A stretch of 55,293 bases of DNA, counting the filler, from Platydemus manokwari (taxonomy: Eukaryota), in NCBI GenBank assembly GCA_037951405.1. It is 5 parts of 5 records of this genome, joined end to end, with 100 filler letters (N's around TTAATTAATTAA, not from the genome) between each part and the next. Parts side by side here need not be neighbours in the genome. Positions count along the whole stretch, not along the records: positions 45,552 to 55,293 come from JBBMOY011211098.1; 4 more parts are not named here. One strand, 5' to 3'. The notes below the pieces were generated by a model. It did not search any database, was not told where the DNA came from, and was given only the letters and a program-made list of their open reading frames with translations. This document shows, piece after piece, positions 52,501 to 55,293 of the stretch. Each line of letters starts with the position of its first letter. Position 1 is the first letter of the stretch. The position numbers were made by a program, and so were the translations under genes.

Positions 52501-53200
52501 TGAATAAAAAATATATGGATGGGATGGCGTGCCGTAAATGTCTGTACCCAACGGAATCACAGACACACATTTTCATAATGTGTAAGCCATCTAACTTATA
52601 GGCGCAATGAAGTTATGGAGATTGTATCAAAGTATGTGGAATATCATACCGATTATAGAATCTTTATAGATCAGAAATCTCAATTTGCGAACTCCAACCT
52701 TCGATTCGACTTACAAAAGGTGAATGACAGAAAATCTACCATCATGTTACTTGACATCAAATATCCCATGGACGAGCCAAGGCTAATTGATGAGACAAAT
52801 CAATAAAAACCTTACAAGTACGACAGTCTCAAAAAAGGGTCAAAAAGAACAAGCCACAATTCACGATCGAACTCCACAAATTCTTCGTGGGTGTGCTCGG
52901 AACATGAGTGAAGTCAAATGATGGAATTCTACGAAAATTGGGACTTATCCATCAACTTATTCACAAACTAGCGATGAAATGCATAAAGTCAAATATCAAT
53001 GCGTCGTACCTTCAATGGCAGTTCCACACTGGCAAAATAAACTCATACTACCCCCAAATTAACGAAAACAAGAGATGAAGACTATTTAAAGTTGGACCTT
53101 GACTCTGAGGACGATAGCTGAACAATCAATCAATGGACGTAGCCAACGGAAGTGTGATAATAGGTTCAATCGCAAGAAAGAATCTATGTTATAAGTCGTG
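49565..53200 (+). mobile_element. 5'-truncated decayed NeSL/R5-type non-LTR retrotransposon (Ulp1, RT, CCHC, RLE)
   Basis: QSNCGPFVCGYA (end of protease); IPEEWKTYSTIMIPK, WRPIELLDCCYKILTKIL, CPISMLLFNI, LAYADDL, YRYLGV (RT); CRKCLYPTESQTHIFIMC; LRFDL..LLDIKYP (RLE). Many stops and frameshifts. Confidence 0.9.
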
Positions 53201-53451
53201 ATTTATCACGGCTAACCAATTAATCATTGTCTTAAATAGATATTTGTTTTTTGTTGTTTTTTTATAATTATTTTATAGTTATATAATTTGAGATATCTTT
53301 CATATAAAGTTTCAGGTAAAAAGAATTAAACTTTAAATTATTTTATTAAAAGTATCAAATTAAAAATTTTAACTATTAAATAAATATTGAAATAGAATAG
53401 TTTTAATTTCTCAATAATAGACTCTTAAAATAGTAAACAAAAATGTAAAAT

Positions 53452-54718
53452 ATGAATTTTTTACCGCCATGGTCACAAAAAGCTGTTCTAAATAAGTTAA
53501 AAACTAATTTAACATTAATTATCAACCGGTTAAAGTTACTAGAACGGAAAAAAACTGAAATTGGATTAAAGGCTAGAAAAGAGATTTCCAATTACATTAA
53601 AGAAGGGAAGCCTGAGAAGGCCAGAATCAAAGTTGAACATATTATTCGAGATGATTATCTAGTAGAAGCCTATGAAATGATTGAAATGTTTTGTGATTTA
53701 CTTATAGCTCGATTTGGATTGCTGGAATTTCAAAAGTAAAACTGTGGTTTTATGTAAATCCATTACTCTCTCTAGAGATATTGATCCTGGTTTGGAAGAG
53801 GCAATTGTTTCTATCGTTTGGGCTGTGCCCAGAATGAAGGGAGATGTTCATGAATTACAAGTCGTAGAAGATATGTTGGCTCGAAAATATTCCAAAGAAT
53901 TCATTCAGAAATGTCATGAAAATGTGAATAATAAAGTCAATAAAGACTTAATTCACAAAGTCACTGCATATGTACCATCAAAAGTAAGTTTTATACACAG
54001 ATTTACCCATTTTTTAATGAATGAAACGATTCATTATTGATTTACTTTTTTACCAGTGATAAATAATCATAACTTATATCCATTATTCTAAGAAGTTTCC
54101 TAATACCTTTTGAACAAGAAATAGATGTTCGAAAAGTAATTATTCTTAACGTATCTCTTTTCGTTTTCATTTTTTTTAAAATGCCACAATAAATAAAATA
54201 CATGCCCGGGTTTAATTAATTGTACCTAATACTAATTCATTATTTACAATTAAAAATATCAGGGAAAATTATTCAGGCAGTAATTTTAAATAAAATATCT
54301 TGGACTAAATACAGATGAAAATATATTACTGATGTTAGTAAGTACAGTATAAAGACCATTGATTTACAAAAAATTATTCGTCAATAAATATGTTTTGATT
54401 TTGTATTAATATTATTTCATTTAATTATTAAATCCTTTTTATCGAATTTGAAATTTGTGATTTCATAAAAAATTGAAGTTGAAAATGGATGAAATCGTTT
54501 ATCATTGAAAATCATTTTGAAAATCTGAACTTCATGTTTTATTTTGAAAATATTTGATTTTTCTAATATTTTAGCGCTTAGTAGAAATGTATTTGTTAGA
54601 AATAGCAAAGAACTTCAAGATTGAATATCATATGGATTTACCCCCTGATGACATTGATGGTGATCCACCCGCTATTTTCTTTAATTCAGATTCCACAAAA
54701 GTTAACAATATGTCAAAA
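53452..54718 (+). CDS. IST1: IST1 homolog (ESCRT-III associated), exons 1-3 (3' partial)
   Basis: Exons 53452-53735, 53776-53983, 54575-54718: KLKTNLTLIINRLKLLERKKTE..ARIKVEHIIRDDYLVEAYEMIEMFCDLLIARFGL..LEEAIVSIVWAVPRM..LVEMYLLEIAKNFKIEY. Confidence 0.93.
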
Positions 54719-54741
54719 GTTAGATCAATTTACAATTCTAA

Positions 54742-54789
<48 letters not shown>

Positions 54790-54811
54790 ATGTGTTTATG
54801 TGTGTGTCTGT
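54742..54811. repeat. Compound (TA)n(TG)n microsatellite in IST1 intron
   Basis: Directly visible dinucleotide runs. Confidence 0.93.
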
Positions 54812-55293
54812 ACTCGCATGTATGTCGGATTTAATCGGATGACACAGAAATCTGTCTATCTTTGAATCAGGCCTATTAGAAAATGTGGTTGATGCTTGTC
54901 GACTATCAGAACAACTTGATACTGAAAATAGTTCTCATTATTAATGTCTGCAAGAAATGTAACCTTTGCACTTCTTTTGTAGATAATTTTGTTAGTATTA
55001 CAAATTAATTATTAAATTTTGGAGAAAAACTAAATTTATAAGTTTAAAAAACTTAGCTTTTTATTCAGTAAAAGAATTAATATTAATTGAATGGATGCGA
55101 AAAAAGGCAAAATATTAAAAAAAAAAATAACTAGGTCAAGTGACAATGACGTGGTTCGAATATAAAAATGATATAGATAATCTTAGAATAAATAAAAAAA
55201 ATCTGAACTCAATGCAGTCTTAATAATTAAAACAATTATTTTATTAATTAATTAAATTTTAGAATATCTTTAATTCAATATTTCTAGCCGGTC

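Noticed and set aside
54719-54865. YIYI/VCVC extension of the IST1 ORF
   Set aside because: Read-through into an intronic microsatellite after the GT donor at 54719.
1-55293. Prokaryotic systems, CRISPR arrays, rRNA or tRNA genes; the many short antisense ORFs
   Set aside because: The sequence is a spliceosomal-intron eukaryote. I saw no repeat-spacer array or RNA gene by eye, and the antisense ORFs are shadows of genes or TEs.

Overview
AT-rich eukaryotic DNA with many very short (about 43-57 nt) GT-AG introns, most consistent with a triclad flatworm (planarian); the taxon is an inference from intron size, composition, the neuropeptide and the transposon content. The window is not one locus: four identical 100-nt spacers (N44-TTAATTAATTAA-N44) join five separate contigs. 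Host genes: an intronless double-RING gene, the 5' exons of DYNC2H1 with an upstream X-box, ten internal exons of CFAP47, an amidated YWATRMamide neuropeptide precursor, DEK, the 5' exons of an LPCAT, a SAP30-like gene without the zinc finger, the last two exons of a Wnt4-like gene, a RAD6/UBE2A pseudogene and the 5' exons of IST1. Mobile DNA: mariner ends, Ty3/gypsy remnants, an RTE fragment, a 110-bp hAT MITE with target-site duplication, a Merlin remnant and two decayed NeSL-type (RLE, Ulp1-bearing) non-LTR retrotransposons. The most notable observations are a second, catalytically dead Ulp1-like domain shared by both NeSL-type elements, the tandemly duplicated CPxD-type RING protein, and unexplained cargo-like coding segments (a spliced repeat-unit ORF, a TM ORF, a ubiquitin-like domain) next to gypsy remnants. 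All homology calls come from recognising motifs by eye, not from database searches.
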